Shown here in pieces: positions 7,567 through 16,234 of a stretch of DNA of 64,000 bases; the stretch's first letter is position 1, and each line of letters begins with the position of its first letter. The position numbers were made by a program, and so were the translations under genes. This DNA comes from a virus: positions 1 through 64,000 of IMG/VR virus record IMGVR_UViG_3300021197_001481; one strand, written 5' to 3'. The notes under the pieces were generated by a model. That model saw nothing but the letters and a program-made list of their open reading frames with translations, did not search any database and was not told the DNA's origin.

Positions 7567-9817
7567 TTTCTCGTCGTCGTAGGACGGCAGGATTTAATCG
7601 TGAAGTTGCTGGTCGAAGACCCTGATTAACAGTGGTCTTGACTGTTGGTCGATTTACACCCTCAGCATGAAACTTGAGAAGCATTGATGGGTGATTTATA
7701 CTGCGACCTGCGGCAGCAAGTCCTGTACTTTCCGCAAACCAATCAGATGCCTCGATGATGAAGTTCATTTTTCCCTCGTTGTTATGCACGGCATCTCTTG
7801 CGAGTTGTGATAAATCGAAGTAAATTTTGTCACCGGGTTTTACATCGTCACCGACAGTTATTGTTGAACTCGGGGTTAACACGCGGTCAGTTGCATTTCT
7901 ACTTTTTTCTTGGTTCGTCCATCCCCTCGCAGCACCAGTGTTTGGATTAACTCCCCAGTATGTACAGTCAGCAATCGAATTATCGATAGTTTTCTTTGAT
8001 TTATACACACTAAGTTTTAGTGGGTGAACAAATGGTGCTGATCCGGTAAAGGCAACTCTACCAAAGACATCAGCAACGGTGAGTTCTAGAACACAAGACA
8101 TTACTGTGTCTCTTGGTCCAATTGCAGATTGGTTGACGGCATTTCCTGAAAATGCCTGTCCACTTTCGGTGGTAAGACCAGCATTCAGATCGTGGTTAAT
8201 GAAAAGCATCGGAACTAAATCATGATCCTTGTAATTACCACGGAGTGAATCAACTTCACCTGATTTGAGTATTACTTCTTGATTGGGAATACAGTCGTCA
8301 CACCATGTACAACCGGCGACTCCTGTATCATCAAATTCACAACATTCATTTTGACCCTTATCACATTCAGGTCCACCACATACACCGCATACTAGTGGTT
8401 CGCATTCACCTTCACAACCGGGCGAGTCGCATCCGTTTTCACAGATAATCTCTCCTGTACATTCTCCACCACAACCTCCACCACAAGGTTTGTCTCCTGT
8501 ACATACTATTGGACCGGGTTCCCCACATCCACATCCGGGATCTTCTTCACAGGCATTGTCGGGTGGACAACCTCCACCACAAGGTGTGTCTCCTGAACAA
8601 ACCACTGGTGGAGGACCATTACAGACACCACAATTACAGACACCACATCCGTCAGCGACTCCACAACAAGATTGACCGCCTGACCCACATGTCGGACATT
8701 CACAACATGGATTATCGCTTCCACAACATGGATCACCACTGTCGATGGGTTCGCATGAAAAATCGGGTGGTTGGCAAGGATTCGTGGACGGGGTTAGCGT
8801 GCATATTTCACAATTGGGATCGCAAGGTCGCTCCTTGCAAGGATCAATTTGATGATCTTCGCAACAGGAGAATCCACCAGCAGGATCGCAAGCGAAGCAA
8901 CTACATTCACAATCATTGCACTCAATACCCTGTGCCGTGGGACAAGGACCGGTTTCGCAAATGTTCGCACAACATTCTTCACAATTACAACCCACCCCCG
9001 ATGATCTCTGCTCTGGTATTTCTCCGGTGCTAGGGTCAATGAAACGAGGAAGACCATTTGCATACTGTGTTGCTCGACCAAGAAGATCTGAAGTTCGATC
9101 TATAACTAAGTTTGATATATTGGAATTATTACGATCCTGAGCGTGTATGTTTGTGGGATCATACCGGGGATCATTTTTTACCTCGATAGGTCCAGTGTCT
9201 TCAGCGACCTCGATAGTTCTGTTATCATGAGAGAAAGCAACTCCACCTGAATCTTCGTTAGTTTTAACACCATCGATACGAAAACTATTTTTACCCATAG
9301 ACATCGCAGGGGTTGATCCCATTATTTTTTTTACTTCATCATATGAGGCGGTCGGCATAGGTTCATGAACCTGCATACCTTTTCTATAACGAGCATATTC
9401 TAGATTACCAGAAATGTTTATGACAGGAGAGTGGTTTTTACCAGCATCATTATGATCGTTTCTGTTTTCTGAAAATATTTGAGTATGGGAGGGGACTAGT
9501 AGATTAATTGCACCAAGACCGAAAAAACTGTCCGTGACATTGCCGCCATTTGTCTGGTTCAACGCAGCACGGGATGTCATCAGTCTGACATCTGCTGCAC
9601 TTTTTGTATTATCCTCTGCACCTACACCAAGTCCGTCAAGAATATCATCGCAACAGTCTGATCCATCAGGAGAAGTACCGGGATGGTCACATGTCGGACC
9701 TTCTGGACAGTTTCCATGCAAACATGGATTTAGGTAAAATGGGATGTCTTGCTTAAGACGTACTAATCGCCCTACACCTAAATGTCTACCTGCTGTTACG
9801 CGATGTCTTGCTGCCAT
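7550..9817 (-). CDS. Large protein with central Cys/Gly/Pro-rich region and possible C-terminal DNRLRE/CBM96-like beta domain
   Basis: 755-aa ORF; ~230-aa segment packed with CxxC/CC/CGGGC; C-terminus SCVLELTV..LSVYK..W..W..FDLSQLARD. Confidence 0.65.
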   Translation of the reverse strand: MAARHRVTAGRHLGVGRLVRLKQDIPFYLNPCLHGNCPEGPTCDHPGTSPDGSDCCDDILDGLGVGAEDNTKSAADVRLMTSRAALNQTNGGNVTDSFFGLGAINLLVPSHTQIFSENRNDHNDAGKNHSPVINISGNLEYARYRKGMQVHEPMPTASYDEVKKIMGSTPAMSMGKNSFRIDGVKTNEDSGGVAFSHDNRTIEVAEDTGPIEVKNDPRYDPTNIHAQDRNNSNISNLVIDRTSDLLGRATQYANGLPRFIDPSTGEIPEQRSSGVGCNCEECCANICETGPCPTAQGIECNDCECSCFACDPAGGFSCCEDHQIDPCKERPCDPNCEICTLTPSTNPCQPPDFSCEPIDSGDPCCGSDNPCCECPTCGSGGQSCCGVADGCGVCNCGVCNGPPPVVCSGDTPCGGGCPPDNACEEDPGCGCGEPGPIVCTGDKPCGGGCGGECTGEIICENGCDSPGCEGECEPLVCGVCGGPECDKGQNECCEFDDTGVAGCTWCDDCIPNQEVILKSGEVDSLRGNYKDHDLVPMLFINHDLNAGLTTESGQAFSGNAVNQSAIGPRDTVMSCVLELTVADVFGRVAFTGSAPFVHPLKLSVYKSKKTIDNSIADCTYWGVNPNTGAARGWTNQEKSRNATDRVLTPSSTITVGDDVKPGDKIYFDLSQLARDAVHNNEGKMNFIIEASDWFAESTGLAAAGRSINHPSMLLKFHAEGVNRPTVKTTVNQGLRPATSRLNPAVLRRREITAGL
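8471..8595. repeat. 29-bp direct repeat (1 mismatch) within the Cys-rich coding region
   Basis: acaacctccaccacaaggt[t/g]tgtctcctg at 8471-8499 and 8567-8595, encoding (S/T)GD(T/K)PCGGGC twice. Confidence 0.8.
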
Positions 9818-9820
9818 AGG

Positions 9821-10648
9821 TCAAGTTCCTAGAATTGACATATTAACGAATGATGTCGTGGCATCATAATTCACGGATGTTGCTAAAAGTTTATCAGTAT
9901 TTTTAATTTCAATGAAGACCTCTTCTCCGGGGGAGATAAGGTATCCAGTAGAAGCACCGGCAGCGAGTGCCCCGGTGAATCCAATACAAAGAAGTCCACC
10001 ACCCGGTCCTGCTTCACCGGGAGTCAATCCCTCAAGACCGCTGTAATAGTTTTTAACTTTTATACCAGAATCAAGTGTAAATCCATCAAAACTATAAAGA
10101 GTGGAATCATTGAAACCAGTGCTGAACGATGTCATTCCTGTTGGGAGAGCAACCGAAGTAATTTCGACTGCACCTGTAACGGCAACATCATAATCTGCTG
10201 CGGTTTTTACCGCAACACTATTACTTCCAATACCAACAACAGAAAGAGTGATTCCGGCAGCGATGCTGCGAATATCACATGATGCACCAACAACTTGATC
10301 AATGGTTCCACCTACAATAGTAATATCATTTACTTCTAGTGTGGCACCAGAAAGACTAACAGGAACTGCTTGATCGCCGACTGTATTACCTCTAACGGCA
10401 ATAAACCCGTTCGTGAGATAACCAGAGTTTCCTATTGTTGAAATTCTAGCAGGAAGGGGGGAGTCATCTGATAATAGAGCAAATTCTCCCACACCACCGG
10501 TGCTTAGTTTAATTACCTGAAAGTGAACGTCATGTTGACCATCACCATAATTCGCACTGTTGACGAAATCGGTGGCAATTACAGATCCACCTTCACCCAA
10601 ATTTAATGTTACATGATCTTCTGCTGTTGCTGCATTTGCCATTGACAA
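9821..10648 (-). CDS. Hypothetical virion-type beta-rich protein, C-terminus related to 5362/5780 ORFs
   Basis: SD GGAG; CTACATA motif upstream; C-terminal GYLISPGEEVFIEIKN resembles VLLEAGDELYVPAKK. Confidence 0.65.
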   Translation of the reverse strand: MSMANAATAEDHVTLNLGEGGSVIATDFVNSANYGDGQHDVHFQVIKLSTGGVGEFALLSDDSPLPARISTIGNSGYLTNGFIAVRGNTVGDQAVPVSLSGATLEVNDITIVGGTIDQVVGASCDIRSIAAGITLSVVGIGSNSVAVKTAADYDVAVTGAVEITSVALPTGMTSFSTGFNDSTLYSFDGFTLDSGIKVKNYYSGLEGLTPGEAGPGGGLLCIGFTGALAAGASTGYLISPGEEVFIEIKNTDKLLATSVNYDATTSFVNMSILGT

Positions 10649-10668
10649 TCTCCATTTAATAGTGTATG

Positions 10669-10683
10669 CTACATAGTATGTAG
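10669..10683. promoter_or_regulatory. Overlapping pair of putative late promoters for divergent genes (CTACATA on each strand)
   Basis: CTACATA-G-TATGTAG palindrome between divergent genes 10648(-) and 10714(+). Confidence 0.55.
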
Positions 10684-10713
10684 TGAGTTTTTAACCTTGA
10701 ACACGGAGAAATA

Positions 10714-10938
10714 ATGTTTGATAAACTTGAAAAAGACTTTTCTAAATCTGTAGAGAAGCATGTAAGAGATAATGACTGTGGGTATATCGATGCAGTCGTT
10801 GAAATTTGTAATGAATTAGAAATAGAACCCGCTTTAGGTGCAAAATACCTTAGCATACCAATAAAAGAAAAGATTAGAGTCGAGGGCGAGGAAATAAATC
10901 TTTTGCCAAGAACCCCAAAACTTTGGGCAACCCCTTGA
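10714..10938 (+). CDS. gp33: Late-promoter transcription coactivator gp33
   Basis: FSKSVEKHV..YIDAVVEIC..EIEP..KYLS.PIKEKIRVE.EEINLL; upstream of gp32. Confidence 0.85.
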   Translation: MFDKLEKDFSKSVEKHVRDNDCGYIDAVVEICNELEIEPALGAKYLSIPIKEKIRVEGEEINLLPRTPKLWATP

Positions 10939-10962
10939 CAACCCACGAATCTGTGCTATACT
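10935..10962 (+). promoter_or_regulatory. Sigma70-type promoter for gp32
   Basis: TTGACA-16bp-TATACT with TG extension. Confidence 0.7.
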
Positions 10963-11016
10963 TAGCACATACAACTGACGAAAACAGTTGAAAACAGACA
11001 TAGGAGAACAAAACAC

Positions 11017-11916
11017 ATGTCATTTGAATCAATGAAAAAGAACAGTAAGAACTCAGACGCACTTATTCAAAAGTTGTCTGCAATGGATGATACCAAGAAG
11101 AATTCGTACAAGGATGATCGTTTCTGGCGACCGCAAGTTGATGATGCGGGAACTGGTACTGCGACCATTCGCTTCCTTCCAGAAGCACCGGGTGAGGACA
11201 CCCCATTTGTACTTTACTATTCCCACGGATTTCAGGGACCGGGAGGTTGGTATATCGAAAACTCCCGTACCACTCTCGGGGAGAAAGATCCTGTCTCAGA
11301 GATGAACACTCGTCTTTGGAACAGCGGGGAGCAGGCAAAGAAGGATCTCGTTTCCCAACGATACAAGCGAAAGAAGAGTTATGTCTCTAACATCCTTGTT
11401 ATCGATGATCCTGCCAATCCCGAAAACAACGGTAAGGTTTTCCTCTACCGTTATGGCACCAAGATCTACCAGAAGATTCAGGACGCGATGAAACCTGAAT
11501 TCTCAGACGAAGAGGCAATTGTCCCCTTCGACTTCTGGAAGGGTGCAAACTTTAGACTTCGTATTCGCAAGGTTGCTGGTTTCCTCAACTATGACAAGTC
11601 CGGATTTGATTCCATGTCCGAACTGTTCGACGGTGACGATGATCGCCTGAAGAAGTTGTGGGATGGCGAATACAAGTTGAATGAGTTCGTTGACTCCAGT
11701 AACTATAAGTCATATGACGAACTCAAATCGCGTCTCGAAATGGTCCTCGGTAGTTCCGCCCCCAAGGAAACTGCTGAAAACACTTCGCTTGAGTCTTCTA
11801 ATGAGTGGGGAAGTGATGATCCTCCCTCAACACCGGCGACGAACTCTGAGAGTTCTGCGCCGACTGAAGAAGACGACGCAATGTCTTACTTCGAGAAACT
11901 CGCAAGTGAGGATTGA
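11017..11916 (+). CDS. gp32: Single-stranded DNA-binding protein gp32
   Basis: DDRFWRP, IRFLP, HGFQGPGGWYIENS, DPANPENNGKVFLY, FDFWKGANF, acidic tail ending YFEKLASED. Confidence 0.97.
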   Translation: MSFESMKKNSKNSDALIQKLSAMDDTKKNSYKDDRFWRPQVDDAGTGTATIRFLPEAPGEDTPFVLYYSHGFQGPGGWYIENSRTTLGEKDPVSEMNTRLWNSGEQAKKDLVSQRYKRKKSYVSNILVIDDPANPENNGKVFLYRYGTKIYQKIQDAMKPEFSDEEAIVPFDFWKGANFRLRIRKVAGFLNYDKSGFDSMSELFDGDDDRLKKLWDGEYKLNEFVDSSNYKSYDELKSRLEMVLGSSAPKETAENTSLESSNEWGSDDPPSTPATNSESSAPTEEDDAMSYFEKLASED

Positions 11917-11947
11917 TCGAGACAATGCTTCTTGTTAGGGAGCAGAG

Positions 11948-11975
11948 AAAACCCCGGAGCAATCCGGGGTTTTTT
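11948..11975. terminator. Bidirectional rho-independent terminator
   Basis: AAAACCCCGGA-GCAA-TCCGGGGTTTTTT between convergent genes. Confidence 0.9.
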
Positions 11976-13576
11976 CATGCGCCGACATATCTTGCTGCAT
12001 CAATGTCAGTTGCTGGTTCTTCCGATGTCTCGAATGATTGTGTATTCATTGCAGTAGTGTTAACTTGGTTAACAGTTCCTCCTGCGGCAGAACCCTGTTG
12101 TGCTTGTAATCTTGCTGCGTCTGCCGATGCATTCGCTTGTTGGAATTTTGCATAGTCTCTGGCAATTCTTCTCTCATCTGCTTCTGCTGCTTCCAATCCT
12201 TCGCCACCGCTTAGACCAAATGTTGCTTTATTGATTGCATACGAGATACCATAATCCATTTTATTCTTGAGAACTTTAAACGAGAACATAAGTTCTTGGA
12301 AGAATCTCTTAATAGAATCAATTGGTCCTTGAACGAAAGAAGAAAGAACTGCAAATCCACTTGTAATAAATCCAAGAACACTGTTGAATGCATTTGGAAT
12401 TGTTACGGTAAAGAAGTTACCAATTGCATTAATTCCACTCATGAATAGGTTTGGCACTGTGACTGTGTAGAAATCGAAGACCATAATAAAGAAATCTTTA
12501 ATCCCATTTACCGCCGACATGAATATTTCTGGTATGGTTTCTGTAAAGAAAAGAAACGCTTCATAGAAGAAATCTCCCATCTTGGTGGTGAGGTTGTCGA
12601 AGAATTCCAAGACACTATCGAATGATATGAATCCGAAAGAAAGTCCTTCGATGATCTGTGCGAATATACCTTGAATACCGCCGATCAGTTTCTCAAAGAA
12701 TGTTCCCTCAGTTCCAAAGAAACCACGGAAGAATCCGACCACGCCTTCGACGATGGTGATAATCTGTCCGAGGATAGGGACTGCTTTGAACACTTTCCCG
12801 AGAACTCCTCCAAGTTTACCAACAAAACCAACAACAGGTTTTACAAAACCAAATATGGTTTTAAATACTCTACCAATTGTAGCAAAAATTCCACCTGCGG
12901 TTTTTCCTACTGTACCAACCACTCCAAATATTTTACTAAAGATACCCATCACTGGTTTAAATCTGCCGAATATCTTCCCCAAGAAAGTGAATACTGGTTT
13001 TATCTTATTGAATACTTTACCAAAGAAACCAAACAATTTAGACTTACCCATACTTTTACCAAGGGCACCGAAGACTGATTTAAATGATTTTATGATCGAT
13101 CCGACAATTTTGCCCTCTTTGATTCGAGTAAATACATTACTGATTCCTTTGACTATATTCTTGCGAACATTAAACAGAGCGGGCAACCCTTTGAGTATTC
13201 CCTTTATGGTGCCAATTGCTCCAGAAAGGACAGCGGAATATTGATAAACTACTGCACCCGCAAGAAGGAATGGGAGTTTCAGCGTATCAAATACGGTGAG
13301 TTCTCTCATATTGAAACCTTTACTGAGGGTGTCACCGAGTTTTTCTAGTCCACCTAAGATAGAATTACTAAGTCCAGCGAATATTTGTCTTTGCTTAGAT
13401 GCTGCTTCTTGCTGTGCTTCTTTACCGCTAATTTCAGCACCACCGGCGATCTGGATCGCCTTAACGATTCGATCAGTGTTCTTTTCGTCAGCAGTACGTT
13501 GACCATCCAAAAGACCCTTAAGTCCTTCGTTTGGTTTTGTAAAACGTCCTTTATCGTCGCGGGGTGGTAGTGCCAT
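11975..13576 (-). CDS. Tail tape measure-like protein (functional gp29 equivalent)
   Basis: N-terminal RDDKGRF motif; long amphipathic F/G/K helical repeats; directly follows gp26/gp51. Confidence 0.65.
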   Translation of the reverse strand: MALPPRDDKGRFTKPNEGLKGLLDGQRTADEKNTDRIVKAIQIAGGAEISGKEAQQEAASKQRQIFAGLSNSILGGLEKLGDTLSKGFNMRELTVFDTLKLPFLLAGAVVYQYSAVLSGAIGTIKGILKGLPALFNVRKNIVKGISNVFTRIKEGKIVGSIIKSFKSVFGALGKSMGKSKLFGFFGKVFNKIKPVFTFLGKIFGRFKPVMGIFSKIFGVVGTVGKTAGGIFATIGRVFKTIFGFVKPVVGFVGKLGGVLGKVFKAVPILGQIITIVEGVVGFFRGFFGTEGTFFEKLIGGIQGIFAQIIEGLSFGFISFDSVLEFFDNLTTKMGDFFYEAFLFFTETIPEIFMSAVNGIKDFFIMVFDFYTVTVPNLFMSGINAIGNFFTVTIPNAFNSVLGFITSGFAVLSSFVQGPIDSIKRFFQELMFSFKVLKNKMDYGISYAINKATFGLSGGEGLEAAEADERRIARDYAKFQQANASADAARLQAQQGSAAGGTVNQVNTTAMNTQSFETSEEPATDIDAARYVGA

Positions 13577-13755
13577 TATTGTTTCTTATATGCCTCTTGT
13601 TGCTTTTCTAAATGTTCATGGAGAAGTGCGGTATAAATCTGTCTTTCCCACGGGATCATATTCTCAAGTTCCGTTAAACTATATTTATGCTCCTGCATCA
13701 TTAAAAAATTAACACGATAATGGTACTCTAATGTATCGTGAGCGAGGCATATCAG
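13576..13755 (-). CDS. gp51: gp51-like baseplate hub assembly chaperone C-terminal segment (missing from ORF track); probably expressed by -1 frameshift from gp26
   Basis: Hand translation LICLAHDTLEYHYRVNFLMMQEHKYSLTELENMIPWERQIYTALLHEHLEKQQEAYKKQ*; first ATG only at 13701. Confidence 0.8.
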   Translation of the reverse strand: MICLAHDTLEYHYRVNFLMMQEHKYSLTELENMIPWERQIYTALLHEHLEKQQEAYKKQ

Positions 13756-14441
13756 AAAAAATCAGAGATTCCCTCTAGTACCACCTTATTCTCATGACCA
13801 CAAGAAGTACACTTATATGTAGTTTCATATCTTAGTTTGGGCATAGACTCAAAGAAACTTTGAATTTTTTCAACTTCTTTCATACTAAGTGAGTCAACAA
13901 ACTCCTTCACTTCGTTCTTGTCGTAATCACTGACCTTGTGTACAGTAGTAGAATCATAAATCGATTCTATACAACTAATCAACACATCAACGGGATCGTT
14001 TGTATCGGTCTTAGTTAGGGTTCCCATAGAAGGGTGTCTCAAAATAACACCAACATCAGATGTCAATGCTACTTTAGGATCGACTTCCTCGCCACGGACT
14101 AGTTTAATATCTTTTTCTAGATTAATCACGGTTGGGTGCGTTTCACCACACTCCTCGCATTTAAGAAGAATCTCAACTTCCTCTCCAATCGACTTAGATC
14201 TCAACATCAAAAAGATGTATTCAACATCATACGATGTTAAATCTTCTACGACGATATCATCTTCTACACATACGCTGATCAACTTTTTAAGAGAATCAAA
14301 CGCTTGTTGTGAACTGTTGCCTTCTTTTGCCATGAGCAAAAGTTTTTCTTCTTTCACCAAGAAGGGTCTGTAACTAATAGTCTTTCCTGTCGAGGGAAGT
14401 TTTAGTGTATATGTGGGTGTCTCTAACTTTGGTAATGCCAT
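13752..14441 (-). CDS. gp26: Baseplate hub subunit/chaperone gp26
   Basis: MALPKLETPTY.LKLPSTG..YRPFLVKEEKLLLMA, LRSKSIGE, CxxC pairs, LEGISDFF. Confidence 0.9.
   Translation of the reverse strand: MALPKLETPTYTLKLPSTGKTISYRPFLVKEEKLLLMAKEGNSSQQAFDSLKKLISVCVEDDIVVEDLTSYDVEYIFLMLRSKSIGEEVEILLKCEECGETHPTVINLEKDIKLVRGEEVDPKVALTSDVGVILRHPSMGTLTKTDTNDPVDVLISCIESIYDSTTVHKVSDYDKNEVKEFVDSLSMKEVEKIQSFFESMPKLRYETTYKCTSCGHENKVVLEGISDFF
13755..13761 (-). other. Putative -1 ribosomal frameshift heptamer T TTT TTC
   Basis: Last codons of gp26 read GAT TTT TTC TGA; the -1 frame opens only here; AGAGGG 9 nt upstream; 7-bp stem 14 nt downstream. Confidence 0.6.
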
Positions 14442-14462
14442 AATATTTTATCCTTCTTTCAA

Positions 14463-15011
14463 TTATAGATTGCTTGTCCAGCGTCTGAAGGAAAAATCAA
14501 TGTCTGTTTTGACGAGAGCATCTCCTCCTGCACCAGATAATTCAACTGCGTTCACTGTCTTTGGAAATAAATCAAAAACACGAACCTTATAAACTTCTTT
14601 ATTTTTTAAATCTGTCATTGTTATATCTAGCGAGTTACAGATATATTCATCATAGTAACCACATTGAAAAGTTTCCTCATCAATGATCGCTCTTTGCCAC
14701 GCCTCGAATGCTTTTCTGACATTGAAGGTAGAATCCTCCAAGAAAACCATTTTAAGGTCTCCTTCATACACTCTCCCATAAGGCATTTCCCTATCAATAC
14801 CTTGCAGTTTAACAGGATTGGATCCAATTGCACTTCCGGGAAGTGATACAGATTCAAGTCTGGCATTTAGTTTTTCACTGGTTCCACGATCAAATAACTG
14901 CGTCCCTGTTCGGGTCGATGAAAATAATATCTCATAGCGATGTGGGTATGCGACACCCGACTTTCCTATTTCCGATACAAACTTATTGACGTTGAAACCA
15001 AACATACTCAT
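14463..15011 (-). CDS. Tail tube-fold protein (gp54/gp19 family)
   Basis: ESVSLPG, REMPYGRVY, FEAWQ, YYDEY, FPKTV, FSFRRW pattern. Confidence 0.7.
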   Translation of the reverse strand: MSMFGFNVNKFVSEIGKSGVAYPHRYEILFSSTRTGTQLFDRGTSEKLNARLESVSLPGSAIGSNPVKLQGIDREMPYGRVYEGDLKMVFLEDSTFNVRKAFEAWQRAIIDEETFQCGYYDEYICNSLDITMTDLKNKEVYKVRVFDLFPKTVNAVELSGAGGDALVKTDIDFSFRRWTSNL

Positions 15012-15172
15012 GACTTTTTCTTACTCCTCTTTGTGTATTTTCTTTTCTTCTTTGGTTCTTCTTGTTTATTATCTGTAGAACCAACCAACCATTTAAATTC
15101 CATACGGTCGATAATATCAAAAATACTAGGGATCTCCCAGTCAGTAAGGGGGTTGCTTTGTTTATTGCTCAT
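15008..15172 (-). CDS. Small basic hypothetical protein (54 aa, missing from ORF track)
   Basis: MSNKQSNPLTDWEIPSIFDIIDRMEFKWLVGSTDNKQEEPKKKRKYTKRSKKKS; ATGA overlaps with both neighbours. Confidence 0.6.
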   Translation of the reverse strand: MSNKQSNPLTDWEIPSIFDIIDRMEFKWLVGSTDNKQEEPKKKRKYTKRSKKKS

Positions 15173-15774
15173 TGTTTTTTCCTTCTATCTCTTCCTTGTT
15201 CTATACTTCTTCTTCTGCTATCCGACCATACGGTTCTCGGTGATCCACCTCTGAAAAATGTTTCAAATTTTTTAGATATATCACCAAGATAAAACTCACG
15301 CCACAAGGAAGGTTTCATTTCAATAGCAACAGAACCCATACGATTATGTGTGTACTGTTTAATACAAGGGAATGCATGACGCATACTCCTTCTATATTTA
15401 GCAATCATTTTATAGGTTATTCTAGATCTTGCATCTTCATTTTCAATATCATCATCTAATCTACCTAACAAATTTTCTATAAGATCCGTTCGTAGTTCTG
15501 GTGGTAGATAGAATGGATTAAGACCAAGCATGGTATTTGGTCTTTGTTCTAAATTTATTGCCATAGGAAACATGTGATAGTATGGGAGAGATTTCGTTCC
15601 TTTCCCCTCTGGATTCCTATATGAAAACATGTAACATTTTCCAACGAATCTTCTAGATCGGGGGATACCCTTCGGTTTTCTGATATCAACATCAGTCGAA
15701 CCCAAGTCTGGAGCAATCTCCTGTAAAAAGGATGCCAGTGGTGGTGCGACTTTTCTTAATTCTTCATACAGCAT
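15169..15774 (-). CDS. gp2: DNA end protector protein gp2
   Basis: GKCYMFSY, LPYY..FP, GLNPFYLPPELR, CIKQY; adjacent to gp4. Confidence 0.85.
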   Translation of the reverse strand: MLYEELRKVAPPLASFLQEIAPDLGSTDVDIRKPKGIPRSRRFVGKCYMFSYRNPEGKGTKSLPYYHMFPMAINLEQRPNTMLGLNPFYLPPELRTDLIENLLGRLDDDIENEDARSRITYKMIAKYRRSMRHAFPCIKQYTHNRMGSVAIEMKPSLWREFYLGDISKKFETFFRGGSPRTVWSDSRRRSIEQGRDRRKKQ

Positions 15775-16211
15775 TAGAATATTTCCTTTTCTGTAAGAAT
15801 TTTAAAACACCACCCACGTTCATGACAAACCTCTTCTGCCGCCTGCCATTTTGCATTATTGACGGCAAAGGTTTTTACCTCAGTCATATAACGACGGGTG
15901 ATCCTACCGCTAGTGGGTTTGTTAGGTTCTTTTGTTTGTTTGAATGGTTTGACTTCGATCATCAGAGTCTCAATCTCTCCGGTTTTATTACGAAGTTCTA
16001 CCATAAAGTCTGGGTAGTATCTGTGTTTTTTCCCATCCACAGGAGATACATAAGGTATACAGATCTCTTCAGATGCCCATGTAATAACATTGGGGTTGTC
16101 ATCAAAGAGTTTCATACATTTTCTCTCCCAGAGACTACGGTAGATGATCTTTGTAGGATCCCCTTGATATTTATCTGGGCGAGTTGGTTTGTATTTTCCT
16201 TTATATGCCAT
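15774..16211 (-). CDS. gp4: Head completion nuclease gp4
   Basis: MAYKGKYKP..PDKYQGDP..IIYRSLWE, WASEE, HRYYPDF, IEVKP, NNAKW; start reassigned to 16211. Confidence 0.93.
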   Translation of the reverse strand: MAYKGKYKPTRPDKYQGDPTKIIYRSLWERKCMKLFDDNPNVITWASEEICIPYVSPVDGKKHRYYPDFMVELRNKTGEIETLMIEVKPFKQTKEPNKPTSGRITRRYMTEVKTFAVNNAKWQAAEEVCHERGWCFKILTEKEIF

Positions 16212-16225
16212 ATACATATATCTAG
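16212..16225. promoter_or_regulatory. Abutting pair of putative late promoters for divergent genes (ATACATA +, CTAGATA -)
   Basis: 23-nt gap between divergent gp4 and gp48 contains both motifs. Confidence 0.5.
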
Positions 16226-16234
16226 GAGCAACAC

